From assembly GCA_004764695.1 (NCBI GenBank), contig SMSO01000025.1, positions 4,566,862-4,630,861 of the forward strand: 64,000 nucleotides of DNA, given 5' to 3'. The stretch is from Schizochytrium sp. TIO01. Its lineage: Eukaryota > Protista > Bigyra: Labyrinthulomycetes. The translations under genes were made by a program, and so were the position numbers. Below, piece after piece: positions 1-11,662 of the stretch. The notes beneath the pieces are model-generated. The model saw only the letters and a program-made list of their open reading frames with translations. It was not told where the DNA came from and ran no database searches. Each line of letters starts with the position of its first letter. The first letter of the stretch is position 1.

Positions 1-94
1 GCTCCTCATTGCCAGTAAAGTCTTCGCGACGGCGCTTGCTCACCTTCCGTGAGTCGCCTTTGGCGCCCTTGCGATCGTTCTTCTGCCTCGCCAT
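1..94 (-). CDS. 5' end of a gene running off the left edge (MARQKNDRKGAKGDSRKVSKRRREDFTGNEE...), product unknown
   Basis: ATG at 94 in GCCATGG context; frame open to the window edge; basic/acidic peptide; only 31 codons visible. Confidence 0.45.
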   Translation of the reverse strand, partial: MARQKNDRKGAKGDSRKVSKRRREDFTGNEE

Positions 95-937
95 GGCGAC
101 CTCCTTGGAGCGATGACTTGATAAACAAAAGCTCGAGGCTGGCGAGAGACGATGCCAAAGCTCTTTCGCAAGAACCTCCTTGACGCCTGCCCGCAAGTCA
201 CTGACCTACGAGACGAACGATCAGGGATCTGCCCGCCAACCCGATTCCAAGGCGGCACAGCGCTGACAAGTTCACTTGAGTAGAATGGAATGGAATGGAG
301 TGGACTCTCTCCACCATAAACTGGTGGCCTCGAAGGCCTTCCCAAAAATGCGTTGCGCTGGGGAGACCATTCTGGCACTTTTTTCTTTTCTTTTTTCTCT
401 TTCTTTCATTATTTGTATCTTTTACGTGTTCTCTTAGTCTACCTAATAATATGTTTGTGCGAGTTTAAAAAAGCAGTTAGGAGCGGGAAAACAGCAACCC
501 GGCATTATAGCAATTGGACGGAGTTATTCTCTTATATTGCTCTCTTCTTTTCTGTTTGGATTTTTTTCTTTTGAATCAATACAAGTAATGGTGTACCATG
601 ACTGTCTCGAGTTCATGTTGAGTTGTTTCTATTTGAAGTCATTTGTGTCTTGAATTATCGTTAGAATGAGAGACTATCCTCCTGACGGGGCACTGCTACT
701 TGAGATTTGCTCTGACAGCATAACAGCAAAGATGGGTAGTATCACTGAGGGTGGGTCATTTGTTGCTTTGATTGGTTTCCTTTATATATATATATATTTA
801 AACCTCAGTTCATCATTTATAATTTATGTTCATCTATCTATAATACGTTTCTAAGACTTTAAGCGGTATACATGCATCTTCCCACGGGCATTGGTGAATC
901 ATATTTTTGCTACATGGAAAGAATAAGAAACTTCCTA

Positions 938-3900
938 TTAGTGAGCTTGTTGGCTGAGAAATTCACGCATATCACGATACGCGTCCGGGGCGTCGATGCC
1001 AAGCTCCTCAAGAATTGCGTCGACAAGATCAATAGGAGATACAGGTCTCGAGTTGTCATTTTCAGAACGAGGGCTAGAACTGCTTCTAGATGGGGAAACA
1101 ATAGCGCCAGCGTGCACTAAAGTGCGAACTACCTTTGGACTTGCGCTGCGCAGACGCCTGAGCTCCGTGAGAAGTGGCGAATCGCCAAGTTTGTTCGGTG
1201 CATTTACATCAGCACCAAGGTTGATGAGAGTATCAAGAACAGCAATTATTGCATCTCCAGGAATGACTTGCAGTGCCTTGTGCAGCACAGTATTTCCCGC
1301 AAGATCACAAGCTTGTAGAGGCGCCCCTTTTTCAACTAACATCTGCAAACCTTGCACAACACATGCGCTGCTTCCATGAAAATGGTAGCCTGAAATCATA
1401 CGGTGTAGTGGTAAGAATTTGACGTCAAAATCACTCTTGAAAAATCCTACAGACAGAGCCTGCCCAAGACCTTCAAGGTCGCCTCGAAGACATGCATTGA
1501 GGACAGCCAATTTATACTCTCCAAGACCAGATGGTCCGTGTGCTGTTGAATCATCACTTTCGACGAGTTCTGATTGTTGATTTCCAGATGTTGTGCGTTG
1601 GTGGCTGCTGCGATCCCTGACAGAAGAGCGCCTCATGAGGGCGCGATTAATTACATTCTGAGGGTTTTCTTGCTCTTTCACCTCCTGCAGAAGCTGCTCT
1701 TGCGTTTGTCGCACCGCTCTTAATTCGGAATTTATTTCCTGCCCGTGTTGCTTAAGCCTCGCACGGCTACTGGCATCCTTTGAGCGGTGGGAACGAGTGT
1801 GCTGTTGATGGTTTGGGTGTATAGAACTCCTTGACAAGCCATGTTGAGAACTAGTTCCTGAAGATGCAGGGCCTCGCAATCGTTCTTTTGCCATGACATG
1901 CATTGCGCCTATCGCACTTGTGCTTGATCGGGGTGGTGCAATGGGAGGGCGGGACTTGTCTTGCCATGTGTACATGTTTACACTACGACCCTGTTGCTTC
2001 CGTAGGGCATCCACTTGACCGGCAATCCGAGCAATTCGCGAGGACAGTCGTTTTTGCCCAAGACGATCCACCACACCTTCCATAGTGCCATACATGCCTG
2101 CCATAGCCTCTGCCAAAACTCTTTTTACGCGTAAACGATCCTGGGACCAGTTACGTTGAATCTCTTGAGCTCTCTCAACTTTACTGGCTAACTGTGCAAG
2201 CCGCCCTTGGTTCGTTCGCCGTTCTTCTGCTAGACGAGCAGCTGTACCTTCCGAACGAGCGAGGCGATCGGAGTGAGCAGCCTGGAGACCAACATTCTCC
2301 GTCCGAAGGTAACTCAACTCTTGCTTCATATGATCAATATCTTGTAAGGACTTATGAAGCTTCTCGATCTCTCGAGACGACTTTGCAAGACTCTCTTCGA
2401 GAGCGTCACGTTGCCCTTTCAGGTCGTTCACCCAATCATTTTGTACATCAAGTTTAGCTGACAACTGTTCCTTCTCACGCAAAGCGATCTCATGGTCTTG
2501 TATTAAAGCTTTCTTTTCTTGCTTCCATTCATTCTCACGACGGTGAAATTTTAAAACTTCCTTCTCCTGAGTCTGCCTTAGCAAATCACATGAGCTTGAG
2601 AGCTCATCAAGACGTGCGCGTTCGGCTTTACGTTGCAGCAAGAGTGACGACACGAGGCTAGCAGCATCTGCAAGTGTTTTAGGCGGATTTTGTTGCGAAT
2701 TTGTTGTTCCGCCTAGCGTGTTGATTGCACTGTGCCATATACCTTCATTTTGCAATTGGGAAGCTCGCATAATTTCATTTTGGTTTTGCTCACTTAAACG
2801 AGATTCTCTGAGCTCGCCATGCAACGATTGGTTTTCTGCCTTGAGTTGTGTAATAGTTGCTTTGAGCTCTTCAAGTTTTGCGCGCTGCTTTGCTAGGGTC
2901 TCTTCAGCACGGGTACAAGTAGCTGAAGCCTTTTCAGCAGCACGTTGCGCGTTTGCGCGGTCGTTTTGTAGAGCTTTGATCTGGGCTAGAGCTTGATCAC
3001 GTTCCAACATGACGGCGGCGTATTGCTGTTTGTGCTCAGCATCTGCTTTTTCCTGTGATGTAGTTAACGCGGCGAGCTCATGTTTGAGCCCCTCTTCTCG
3101 AGCATGAGCTGAAGACATCAATTCTTCCTTTTCGAGTTTATGACGGAGGTGAAAACCTTGATATTCATCTGACTTCTGCGCAAGTTTATCGCCTAGATGC
3201 ACAGATTGCTCACTCGCAGATAATAAACGAGTTTCGAGGCTCTTATTCTGAAGTTTCATGTCGTCCAGGTGTTCTTCAAGATCCCGAATCTTGCGCGCCG
3301 TTTCAGAGCGTTCAGAATTAAGAATCTGCTCTAAATTTTCTACCTTCTGAAGAGCCCCTTCTTGGTCGGCTTCCAACGACTGAACACGAGCGTTAGCATG
3401 GATCAGGTTGCCTTGAAGAGACTCAACTGAGCGAAGAGTCTCCGTCTTGCGTTTCTCCGCTCGGCGTGGCGAAATAAACGAGGCAGCCGTATTGTCGAAG
3501 GACTTCGTAGGTGTTGTTTGTTCACCAATTGAACTGCTTGATCCTTTGAGCGCCTGTTCAAGATTTGTGTGAAATTGCATCAAGTGATCTTGCGCCGTGT
3601 CCCGCTCTTGAGCTAGTCGCGCATTTTCCTCTTCAAGAGTGTCTAACTGCGATTTGGCAGACTCCAGCCTGGCCACCTCCTGGGCTAAACGAGATTCCAG
3701 ATTCTGCATCTGTTTTCGTGCATCGTCCCGTTCCTGGGCAGTAGTGCCCTGTACGCCAGTAAGACGGCTGTTCTTCTCCAACGCTTCAGAAAGTTTCTCT
3801 TCAAGAACTTCAGTCTGGTGAGTGATTTCCTTAAGTTGCACTTGCAAAACCTCCCTTTCCTTTGTAAGTTTGTACACTTGATCTTGACTTTGAGATGTTG

Positions 3901-6900
3901 CCTGCTGATTTGTCTTTTGAAGCAGGTCACGTTCCTGAGTTAACTTCTCAACAACTGCTTGGGACTTTTTGTAGGAATCTGAGGCTACCTTTGCAGCTTG
4001 CTTATGTTCGTCCCTCTCCTTATCAACAGACTGTATTTCGATACGCAATTCTTCTTGCTCCCTCCTCAATTTATCGATTTCTGCTTGAGAATATTCGAAT
4101 TTACGGGTACTGTCCGCTAGGAGAACTCGAAGATTGTCGCGGTCATGTTGAACATCCTGGAGCTTAGTTTTCAAGTCATAGTTCTCCTGCGAGAGTTCAT
4201 GAGACCTCCCTTCTGTTTCCCCCTGCTCCGTTTTAAGAAGGTTCAGATAGTGCTCTAATTTGTCTCGTTCCTGAGTGATTCTGCTTATTTCCTGCTTCAA
4301 ATGATCAATTTCGGTAGACTTGGAATCTCGGTCTAGAGTAAGGGACGCAATGTTTTGCTTTGCTAAGGCAAGAGCGTTTCTTTCCCCTTGAAAGTCACGA
4401 GAAAGTTCTTTCAATTTCTGCAAAAGATCGTCGCGCTCGCTCGTGAGAGATTGACTGAGCTCTTCTGAATTACGCAATTTGCTTTCAGCTTGATGTAAAT
4501 TCCTCTGAACTTCCTCAAGATCACGAGAAAGGCTTCCCAAATTTTCCAACGCCTCATTGCGTTCGTGATGGGCATTCTGCAAAGCCTGGTCTAGACTTTT
4601 CAACTTTTTAATCGAGGCTGCTTGCAAAGTCTCAGCTTTTTCCTTGTCTGATTGCATGGATGCTTGGAGTTTACGAAACTCGCCAAGTTCACGAGAAGTA
4701 TCTTTCAACTTCTGCTCTAGTTCGTTACAAGTTTGGGTGAGGCTGCGATTATCCTCATGGGCAGCTTCTAATGCAGCTCTCTGAACATTTGCTTCCTGTG
4801 TCAACTCAACAATTTCGTGATCGTGTTGAGACATCTTCTCCTTGGTGGAGTGGAGTTGTGAAAGAAGCTTGGCTGTTTTGGATTCACCATTAGCTATAAT
4901 TTCCTCTAGCTGTGACTTGAGGCGCGTACTCTCATTTACTGCATCCTGATACTTTTGTTGAAGTGCATCAAGTTCCGACGCGGTCTTCTCAGCGGTAGAC
5001 TTCTTGTCAGCTAGTTCACCACGCAGAATCTCTTGATGCTCTAATAAGCGGTCACGTTCTGCCATGAGGGTCTGCGCGCGCTCTTCATACGCCGCATCAA
5101 GATCATTTGCCCTGGCCTCGGCTCGTTCCAGAGCATCTGTGCGGTCCTTCTCTACTTTACACATCTCTTCTTCAACCTCGGCGATACGCTCTTCAGCACG
5201 GTTCAATTTGTTCATAAATTCATCGCGCTCCTTCTGTAAACTGAGAATGGCCTGTTCAGAACGCTGTTGAGACTTGACTTTAGCTTGTTGAATAAATTCT
5301 TCGGCACGAGTCAAGGCAATATCGCGTTCCTGTTTTGCCTTTGCCACTTCATCAAGTGCAGCAAGAAGCTTCTGATGTTCCTGCGCCACCCGTATCTCTG
5401 TCTCCTCGCGCATCTTCTCAAGCGTTGCATCCGTTTGTTTTTCCATTGCTTGTAAGCGACCTTGCATGTTACTTTCTAAGGCATCACGCTCTTCCTGTAA
5501 TTCCTGTAATTGTGAATGTACATGATCGAGGTCTTCTTGCAACTTGCGTTGTTTGTCAGCATCATCCCCTTTTCTTTTTTCACGTTCTGCTTGCGTTCTT
5601 GAAAGCTCCTTTTCAAGTCGAGATACCACGTTTTCTAAATTTCGTTGCCTATCATGCATGTCACTTTCTATTTCAGACCGCCGTTCTTGTTCACGTTCAA
5701 GCATTTTGTCAAGCTCGGCGAGACGAATAGCTTTTTGCTCATTTTCTCGCTCCGCAGCAGCATTTGCTGATGTTTGTTTGGCTAATTGAGCGCGAACATC
5801 CGAAAGTTGGGTCTCGAGTTCGTGTCTTGCTGAATTTTGTTGCTCGAGAGTTTTGATACAATTTTTGGCTTGTGCCAGGTTCTGCTTCAGTTGAAGAGTG
5901 ACAGTGACTTGATGTTGTTGTGCTTTTTCTTGGTTTTCAGCTTGAGATTCAAGAGTTTGCACTTGCTGTTTAAACTGAAGTGCTAAGCGACTTTCCTGGT
6001 CCAGCTCAGCCTGGACTTCTTGCATTCTCTTTTGCAAAGCTTGTAAGGTACTCTGCGAATCTGTGCTCGTTTTTAGAGCCTCTGTTTGTTGATCGTGTAG
6101 CTGGCGTTGAAGAAAACTAGCCTGTTGTTTGGCTAGCTCTGCTTGATTTCGAGCCTCATCCCGTTGTTTCTGCATCTCAGCTGCCAGGGCCTGGGCCTCG
6201 GAAGCTGCTTCAAGAACAGATACTTTGTGTTGGTCCAGCTCGTTAAGCTTGTCCCGCAAAAGTTCCCGTTCCTTTGCGGATTCGTGCAGCTGTGCATCTT
6301 TGCCAACTAGCGTTTCGCGAACTTGATTATGGAGCTCAGCAATAGCTTGATCATACTTCGCTCTAGTACTTACGCACGCGGTACAAGGTTTGTCCATTGC
6401 TGATTGTAAATGTTTTTTCAACTCAACGATCTCCCGCCTGCGGGATTCCTCTGCTTGGCGCATGCGCTCAAGCTCTCGCAGCGTTTCAACGCTAGCCGAC
6501 TTCAGGGCTTCGTATTGATGCCGCGATACTTTAAGTTGCTCACGAAGTTCATCAATATGAAGTTGCGAAGCACCTTGCTGGGATGATTGTCCTTGCATTC
6601 GTTCATGCGCTAGTTGGAGTTGTCTTTCCAAGGTCTGCACACGCTCGCCATGGCGAAGAGCCTCCTGACGTGCCAGACCAAGTGCCTTTGCTAGCTTTTC
6701 TACCATAGCCTTCATTTCCTCTACCTCATCCTGCGTTGCACCGTTAGCAAATTCTCGAATAGAGTTTCTCAAGGTCTCAATCTCTACTCTCTGCTTATCA
6801 AACACACTCTTGTATTCGGCAAGCTTTACCTGAAGCGAGCTGTACTTTTCTTGTTGTACGGTGAGCTTAGAGGCGTGGTTATGAACTACTTGTCGTAAAC

Positions 6901-8383
6901 ATGCTTCAAGACGCTCCTTCTCAAGTTCATTCTCACGAGCAAGCCTCGAAAGTTGTTCCATGCGATGCCGTTCCTCAGCAGCATCCTCAGTCCCAATTTG
7001 GCGACTCAGCTGTTCAAAGTCGGCCTCGCGTTGTCTTAGTTGCGTTTTCAGTCGATCCACCTCCGCTACAAGAGCTGCAGCCTTAGAGTCACCTTCCGTA
7101 TCAGTATTAAGGTGGATTCGGTTCTGAATTTTTTTTGCACGTTCAGCATACATAAGGGTCATATAGGTTTGTTGCTGATACAAAGAGGGTGTCCGAATGT
7201 TCGCGATCATAACAGTTTTTGAGTTTCCACCTAGAGAGTCTTTGAGCAGAAAAGTTAATTTGCTATTTCGATATGGCACCCGTGCTCGAGCGTCTGCTGC
7301 CTTGCCGCTGCTACAAAGCCTCGAAAGTGCTGATAAGACGTCACCCAAAGTGGAAAGCGAGAGGTTGATATTTTGCGTTTCAGTTAAAGTCTGTCCCTCA
7401 GCACGCGATAGAGAGAGACGCTCACTGCCTGCAAGATCTACAATGTGGAGTTTACCAAGTTTAGAGATATAGCCTTTACCATCAGGCGCCGGAACGCGGC
7501 TCTCAACATAGAATGTCAAAATTGCATGACTTCGTGAACTATGTTCGTTACAGTCAGTGGCTCCTGTGGCTCGATTTCTAGCACCCAGTCCTACCAAACG
7601 CAGCGCTTCTTTGGCACTGGTTACTGGTGTATGAAGTGACGGAGATCCACTGAGAAATACTGAGCCAGACTTTGTTGTGTGCAACTCAATCTTAGGTTGC
7701 TGCAAATGGCTTTGCGTAAAAGACCCCGTAGAATTTAAAGTAGAACTCGACGCTGACTCCCCTGTAAAATGTAACAGGTCTTGAAAGTGATTGTTATACA
7801 ACTCAACATAACCCATGTGTACAAGAACAATACCGTCAGCCTCTCTTTCTGCAAGGTCTCCGGCCAGCTCAAAAATACGATTTACAGCTCGAGGAATAAT
7901 TCCTGGGTTCATACCATCGCCACTGATGGTATGCGTCTTTCCCGAACCTGTAGATCCATAAGCAAAAATAGTAGCATTATATCCTTGAACTGTGGATGCT
8001 ACAAGAGGGTCCACGGCTTCATAGATTTCTTCTTGAGGCGCGAGCGGACCAAACACGCGGTCAAAATGGAAACTCCTTGGCGGCTGGTCACTTCGCCTCA
8101 TTTCCAGGGAATTTCCTTCCGATGCTTTGACGCAAGGCACCATGCCCTCGTTGCCTTCGCTAACATCATTATCATTTTTATTTGTTGTACTCTTCAAAGA
8201 GTTGTTTGCTGAGAGGCCTCCAAAGTGTCTCTGTGAATTGCTGCTCCCAGTTCTGCTTTGAAAGTAGCGGTCTCCCTCATAGCCGCTGCTTTCGTTGTGA
8301 GCTCCACTCTCATCTGGCCGAATCCGCACCAACACACGAATATTCTCGCGCCCCCCTCCCGATTTCTGGGCCCCAGCCGTCAT
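938..8383 (-). CDS. Kinesin-like protein, 2481 aa: N-terminal motor, very long coiled coil, C-terminal ankyrin repeats
   Basis: Motor motifs NIRVLVRIRP, P-loop GSTGSGKTHT, switch I NEHSSRSH, switch II DLAGSER, VPYRNSKLTFLLKDSLGGNSKT; E/Q/L/K-rich heptads; ankyrin-like GNTVLHKAL and GADVNAPNKLGDSPL near the C-terminus; intronless. Confidence 0.95.
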   Translation of the reverse strand: MTAGAQKSGGGRENIRVLVRIRPDESGAHNESSGYEGDRYFQSRTGSSNSQRHFGGLSANNSLKSTTNKNDNDVSEGNEGMVPCVKASEGNSLEMRRSDQPPRSFHFDRVFGPLAPQEEIYEAVDPLVASTVQGYNATIFAYGSTGSGKTHTISGDGMNPGIIPRAVNRIFELAGDLAEREADGIVLVHMGYVELYNNHFQDLLHFTGESASSSTLNSTGSFTQSHLQQPKIELHTTKSGSVFLSGSPSLHTPVTSAKEALRLVGLGARNRATGATDCNEHSSRSHAILTFYVESRVPAPDGKGYISKLGKLHIVDLAGSERLSLSRAEGQTLTETQNINLSLSTLGDVLSALSRLCSSGKAADARARVPYRNSKLTFLLKDSLGGNSKTVMIANIRTPSLYQQQTYMTLMYAERAKKIQNRIHLNTDTEGDSKAAALVAEVDRLKTQLRQREADFEQLSRQIGTEDAAEERHRMEQLSRLARENELEKERLEACLRQVVHNHASKLTVQQEKYSSLQVKLAEYKSVFDKQRVEIETLRNSIREFANGATQDEVEEMKAMVEKLAKALGLARQEALRHGERVQTLERQLQLAHERMQGQSSQQGASQLHIDELREQLKVSRHQYEALKSASVETLRELERMRQAEESRRREIVELKKHLQSAMDKPCTACVSTRAKYDQAIAELHNQVRETLVGKDAQLHESAKERELLRDKLNELDQHKVSVLEAASEAQALAAEMQKQRDEARNQAELAKQQASFLQRQLHDQQTEALKTSTDSQSTLQALQKRMQEVQAELDQESRLALQFKQQVQTLESQAENQEKAQQHQVTVTLQLKQNLAQAKNCIKTLEQQNSARHELETQLSDVRAQLAKQTSANAAAERENEQKAIRLAELDKMLEREQERRSEIESDMHDRQRNLENVVSRLEKELSRTQAEREKRKGDDADKQRKLQEDLDHVHSQLQELQEERDALESNMQGRLQAMEKQTDATLEKMREETEIRVAQEHQKLLAALDEVAKAKQERDIALTRAEEFIQQAKVKSQQRSEQAILSLQKERDEFMNKLNRAEERIAEVEEEMCKVEKDRTDALERAEARANDLDAAYEERAQTLMAERDRLLEHQEILRGELADKKSTAEKTASELDALQQKYQDAVNESTRLKSQLEEIIANGESKTAKLLSQLHSTKEKMSQHDHEIVELTQEANVQRAALEAAHEDNRSLTQTCNELEQKLKDTSRELGEFRKLQASMQSDKEKAETLQAASIKKLKSLDQALQNAHHERNEALENLGSLSRDLEEVQRNLHQAESKLRNSEELSQSLTSERDDLLQKLKELSRDFQGERNALALAKQNIASLTLDRDSKSTEIDHLKQEISRITQERDKLEHYLNLLKTEQGETEGRSHELSQENYDLKTKLQDVQHDRDNLRVLLADSTRKFEYSQAEIDKLRREQEELRIEIQSVDKERDEHKQAAKVASDSYKKSQAVVEKLTQERDLLQKTNQQATSQSQDQVYKLTKEREVLQVQLKEITHQTEVLEEKLSEALEKNSRLTGVQGTTAQERDDARKQMQNLESRLAQEVARLESAKSQLDTLEEENARLAQERDTAQDHLMQFHTNLEQALKGSSSSIGEQTTPTKSFDNTAASFISPRRAEKRKTETLRSVESLQGNLIHANARVQSLEADQEGALQKVENLEQILNSERSETARKIRDLEEHLDDMKLQNKSLETRLLSASEQSVHLGDKLAQKSDEYQGFHLRHKLEKEELMSSAHAREEGLKHELAALTTSQEKADAEHKQQYAAVMLERDQALAQIKALQNDRANAQRAAEKASATCTRAEETLAKQRAKLEELKATITQLKAENQSLHGELRESRLSEQNQNEIMRASQLQNEGIWHSAINTLGGTTNSQQNPPKTLADAASLVSSLLLQRKAERARLDELSSSCDLLRQTQEKEVLKFHRRENEWKQEKKALIQDHEIALREKEQLSAKLDVQNDWVNDLKGQRDALEESLAKSSREIEKLHKSLQDIDHMKQELSYLRTENVGLQAAHSDRLARSEGTAARLAEERRTNQGRLAQLASKVERAQEIQRNWSQDRLRVKRVLAEAMAGMYGTMEGVVDRLGQKRLSSRIARIAGQVDALRKQQGRSVNMYTWQDKSRPPIAPPRSSTSAIGAMHVMAKERLRGPASSGTSSQHGLSRSSIHPNHQQHTRSHRSKDASSRARLKQHGQEINSELRAVRQTQEQLLQEVKEQENPQNVINRALMRRSSVRDRSSHQRTTSGNQQSELVESDDSTAHGPSGLGEYKLAVLNACLRGDLEGLGQALSVGFFKSDFDVKFLPLHRMISGYHFHGSSACVVQGLQMLVEKGAPLQACDLAGNTVLHKALQVIPGDAIIAVLDTLINLGADVNAPNKLGDSPLLTELRRLRSASPKVVRTLVHAGAIVSPSRSSSSPRSENDNSRPVSPIDLVDAILEELGIDAPDAYRDMREFLSQQAH

Positions 8384-9670
8384 CGCAAAGGGCTGGCCGC
8401 CCCGCGAAACAGTGCTCCGCTGCCACGCAGCCCAATCTCTCTCAGCGGTTTTCTACTTTGCTTTCGAAAAATCGATTCCACTGTTTTTCTTTTCGTTGTA
8501 GGTTAGTACCATCCCACTTGCACAACCCCAATATCCTACAATTGGGTTCTGGAGAACAGAGGGAACATACTTCACGTTGTTGATTGGGACAAGCGCGCCT
8601 TGTCCTCATTTGCATTCGCTTCATTGATCTTTAATGACTTCGCTCGGAGATAATTCGAGTTCACTCTGAAGAATGTGTGATATTATATAAAATTGAGGTC
8701 CTAATTCTGTCAAATCTAGGAGTTTTGTGGAGCTCCGATGTGAATCAGGTGTGAAGACATGTTGTAGAAAACTGGTAATTTGAACGGTCTTTCGTGATAT
8801 TGGAATTGCGCTTTTTGTTTACGGTCTGTGCATACGTATAGGGTCATCGTGGTTACAGTTTCTAGGACAAATTATGAGTAGCTTCAGTACAAGGCCATCA
8901 CATTTCAAAACTCCACACAAAGTAGAGAAAACTTATTTAAGGATCACTGAGAGAGGTACATGATGCTATGATCCAATTTTATATAAGTAGTCCCCAAAGC
9001 TGAATTACAAGTTAAAAATGAAAGATTTCCAGTATTGCAACATTCAATGCTTGGGTAAGCCTATCGAGTTCCTTGACTGCCCATGCACTTTGCTTTCCAA
9101 GATTCTTCAGAAAAAATGTAAAGAAACGCCCGCCCAAACTATCAGTGATATTCTTGTTTCTCCCGTAGTCATCATTTTGACGCAATACAAGTTTGGCCGC
9201 TACCATCTCCACATTGTGTTTTAGATCTAATATCTCTTTTTTTTCATTTGCCAAGATCAGGAGGTAAAGCCAGCAGCATTTCCTCTAGTCAAAACGATCA
9301 TCAAGCTGGTCATATATTCTGCAGTTCGTAGTGCCACATCAAACATTCGCAATATAATAAGATCCTCTTGTACATAGCCTTTTACATCGTAGCTCAAAAG
9401 GTCATGTTTGAGTTTGAATTTTATTTTTAGTTGTTCACAACCCAACCCAACTGCCATTGATTGATTGGTTGACTGACTGACTGAATTTTGATTGTCTTTT
9501 GAGACAAATCTTCTATATAAAAGTTTTTGGATTAAAGTTTTTGGATTAAAGTTTTAAAAAAGTTTTTCAATTTTAAAAAATTGTTCGGCCAAATCTTGAG
9601 ACAATGACATGTAATGTTTTCATGCAAGCAAATCCGAGTCGCTCTCGCGACACTGCACTTCTTCACTTCT

Positions 9671-11254
9671 ATGGACCGTCGACCTCCTTTCCGCGGCAGC
9701 GGTGCTTCTGCCCGGCGCTTCGCCGCTGCCTTTGCCTCGCACAACACCGCCTCTGCCACTCCCGCTGCCGGCAGCTACACTCCTAAGCGAGCCAAGCTCG
9801 CGCGATTTCTTGTCTTCTTGTCCTTTGTGGCAGTCTGCTTCGGTCTCAAGTCCCTTTCTGACTCCTACTTCTTTCCCGACTCCTCCGGGTCTTCTGCTGT
9901 TCGAGCCTCATCTTCTCCTGGTCTGCGTCACGTATCTCTTCAAAGTTCGCAGTCCCGCCCGATCCAGGAATCTGTTTCTCCCTTGCGCTATTGGGAGCGT
10001 CTTCCTGCTGCTCTTGACGATGACGTATCTTCTATGGCGCAGTTCCCTCTGCGTGCCAAGGCAACTCGGCACCACGACCGCTATATCACCTTTGAGGACG
10101 ACACTGGTGGCTGGAATAACATTCGCCTAGCCTTCGAGGTCTTCGTGGTCGCAGCCAAGGTCACCGGCAGAGTGCTCGTTCTGCCTCCTCGCTGCCGCTT
10201 CTACCTTCTTGATCGCGGTCCCATTGTGGCCTTTGAAAAGCACGAGCAGGGAGAAACATCAAGCTACCCGGACTACTACGACTTTTCGTATCTGCGTAAG
10301 CATGTGCAAGTTATTTCTACAGATGAGTTCCTTCTGCGGGAGCGCCAATCTCTTGGCATTCCACAGAACCTCGTAGAGGAGGCTAGCAGGCCTGTGATGA
10401 AGAGCAACGGTGCACATACAGACTACTTTCTGTGGCTCCGTGAGTCGCAAGATGTCGCGATATGGCCTACGGGCCCGAGTTTCCAAGCGGACTTTAACAT
10501 TTTCGATCCATCAACCGAGATTCATCCTGAGAAGAAGATCCTGCACTTCCCAATGCACGTCAGCAAGGGCCTGCGATACCTCGATGGCGTACCGGCTTTA
10601 CTTTCTAGCGCGCAGGTTGATCATGAGGCAAACCAAATCATTCGAAGGTTCTGCAGAGTCGCATTTATTTATGGTCCACACATCGTGCGCGCTGCCGAGA
10701 CGTACGTGGAGCTGATGGGAGGTTTCGATAACTTTGTGAGCCTTCATGTGCGTCGTAATGATCTGCAATACAAGAATGCATTTGTGGGTGGTATGACTAC
10801 CGCAACTAATGTGAAGCCTCTTATCCTGCCGGGCGAGCGTGTCTACTTGGCGACGGACGAGACCGAACAAGGGTTTTTCGACCACTTTAAGGAGCTTGGA
10901 ATTCAAGTATCCCGTATGAGTGATTTGCGGGAGCAAGTACATGCACGCGTCGGCCCTCTCGAACCTAAGTATGAGGGCATGGTGGAGCAGCTCATCTGCT
11001 CTGCCGCGAGAATCTTTGCTGGAACGCCATACTCTTCCTTCACGGCACATATTCAACGTCTGCGTGGTTACATGCATCCTATTCTAGATAACCCTATTGA
11101 GGGTGACTTCGCTACTCCCCAGGGCTGCTATTTTCATACAGTAAACTACAACATGCCAGGAACCCTTGCTAAAGCCACGTCGACTTGCAAGAGTACATTC
11201 AAGGGGGAGATTGAAATGTCCGAAGCCTTGCTCCAGCGCAGGTTACAAACTTAA
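9671..11254 (+). CDS. GDP-fucose protein O-fucosyltransferase family protein (type II membrane)
   Basis: Start moved to the first in-frame ATG (9671); N-terminal TM FLVFLSFVAVCFGL; motifs YITFEDDTGGWNNIR, GRVLVLPP, SLHVRRND, VYLATDE, EQLICSAARIFAGTPYSSFT typical of the O-FucT GT-B family. Confidence 0.85.
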   Translation: MDRRPPFRGSGASARRFAAAFASHNTASATPAAGSYTPKRAKLARFLVFLSFVAVCFGLKSLSDSYFFPDSSGSSAVRASSSPGLRHVSLQSSQSRPIQESVSPLRYWERLPAALDDDVSSMAQFPLRAKATRHHDRYITFEDDTGGWNNIRLAFEVFVVAAKVTGRVLVLPPRCRFYLLDRGPIVAFEKHEQGETSSYPDYYDFSYLRKHVQVISTDEFLLRERQSLGIPQNLVEEASRPVMKSNGAHTDYFLWLRESQDVAIWPTGPSFQADFNIFDPSTEIHPEKKILHFPMHVSKGLRYLDGVPALLSSAQVDHEANQIIRRFCRVAFIYGPHIVRAAETYVELMGGFDNFVSLHVRRNDLQYKNAFVGGMTTATNVKPLILPGERVYLATDETEQGFFDHFKELGIQVSRMSDLREQVHARVGPLEPKYEGMVEQLICSAARIFAGTPYSSFTAHIQRLRGYMHPILDNPIEGDFATPQGCYFHTVNYNMPGTLAKATSTCKSTFKGEIEMSEALLQRRLQT

Positions 11255-11662
11255 ACCACCAACCACAGACAGGTGCTGCTGAGACCTTCGGATCGGCATT
11301 CATGGTTGAAAAGCTAGCCTCTAAAATTCGGGTTAGTGGAAAGCGTTTTCCTAGGTACTACAATGACCAATCAGGAAATTATAATATTCTCTGAGTCTCG
11401 GTATTTCCCAGCAGCTTCTAATCCTGTGAAAAATTAGAAGACACATTTGAAGGAGTTCGAGGAGGACACCTTTCTTTTTTTAAACACACGAACATAAACA
11501 AAAAACAGATTTACTTATTCGATTTGTGAAACTGCATGAAGGAGAGGCAATTTCCACTGCCATGCCTTGAGGCTAGGGGACGCCTTGATCGCATAACTCT
11601 ATTCAGGAAGAGCAGAGAATGAAGAAAAGTTTACGCAAAATGAGAAAGGAGGACGAGATAGT

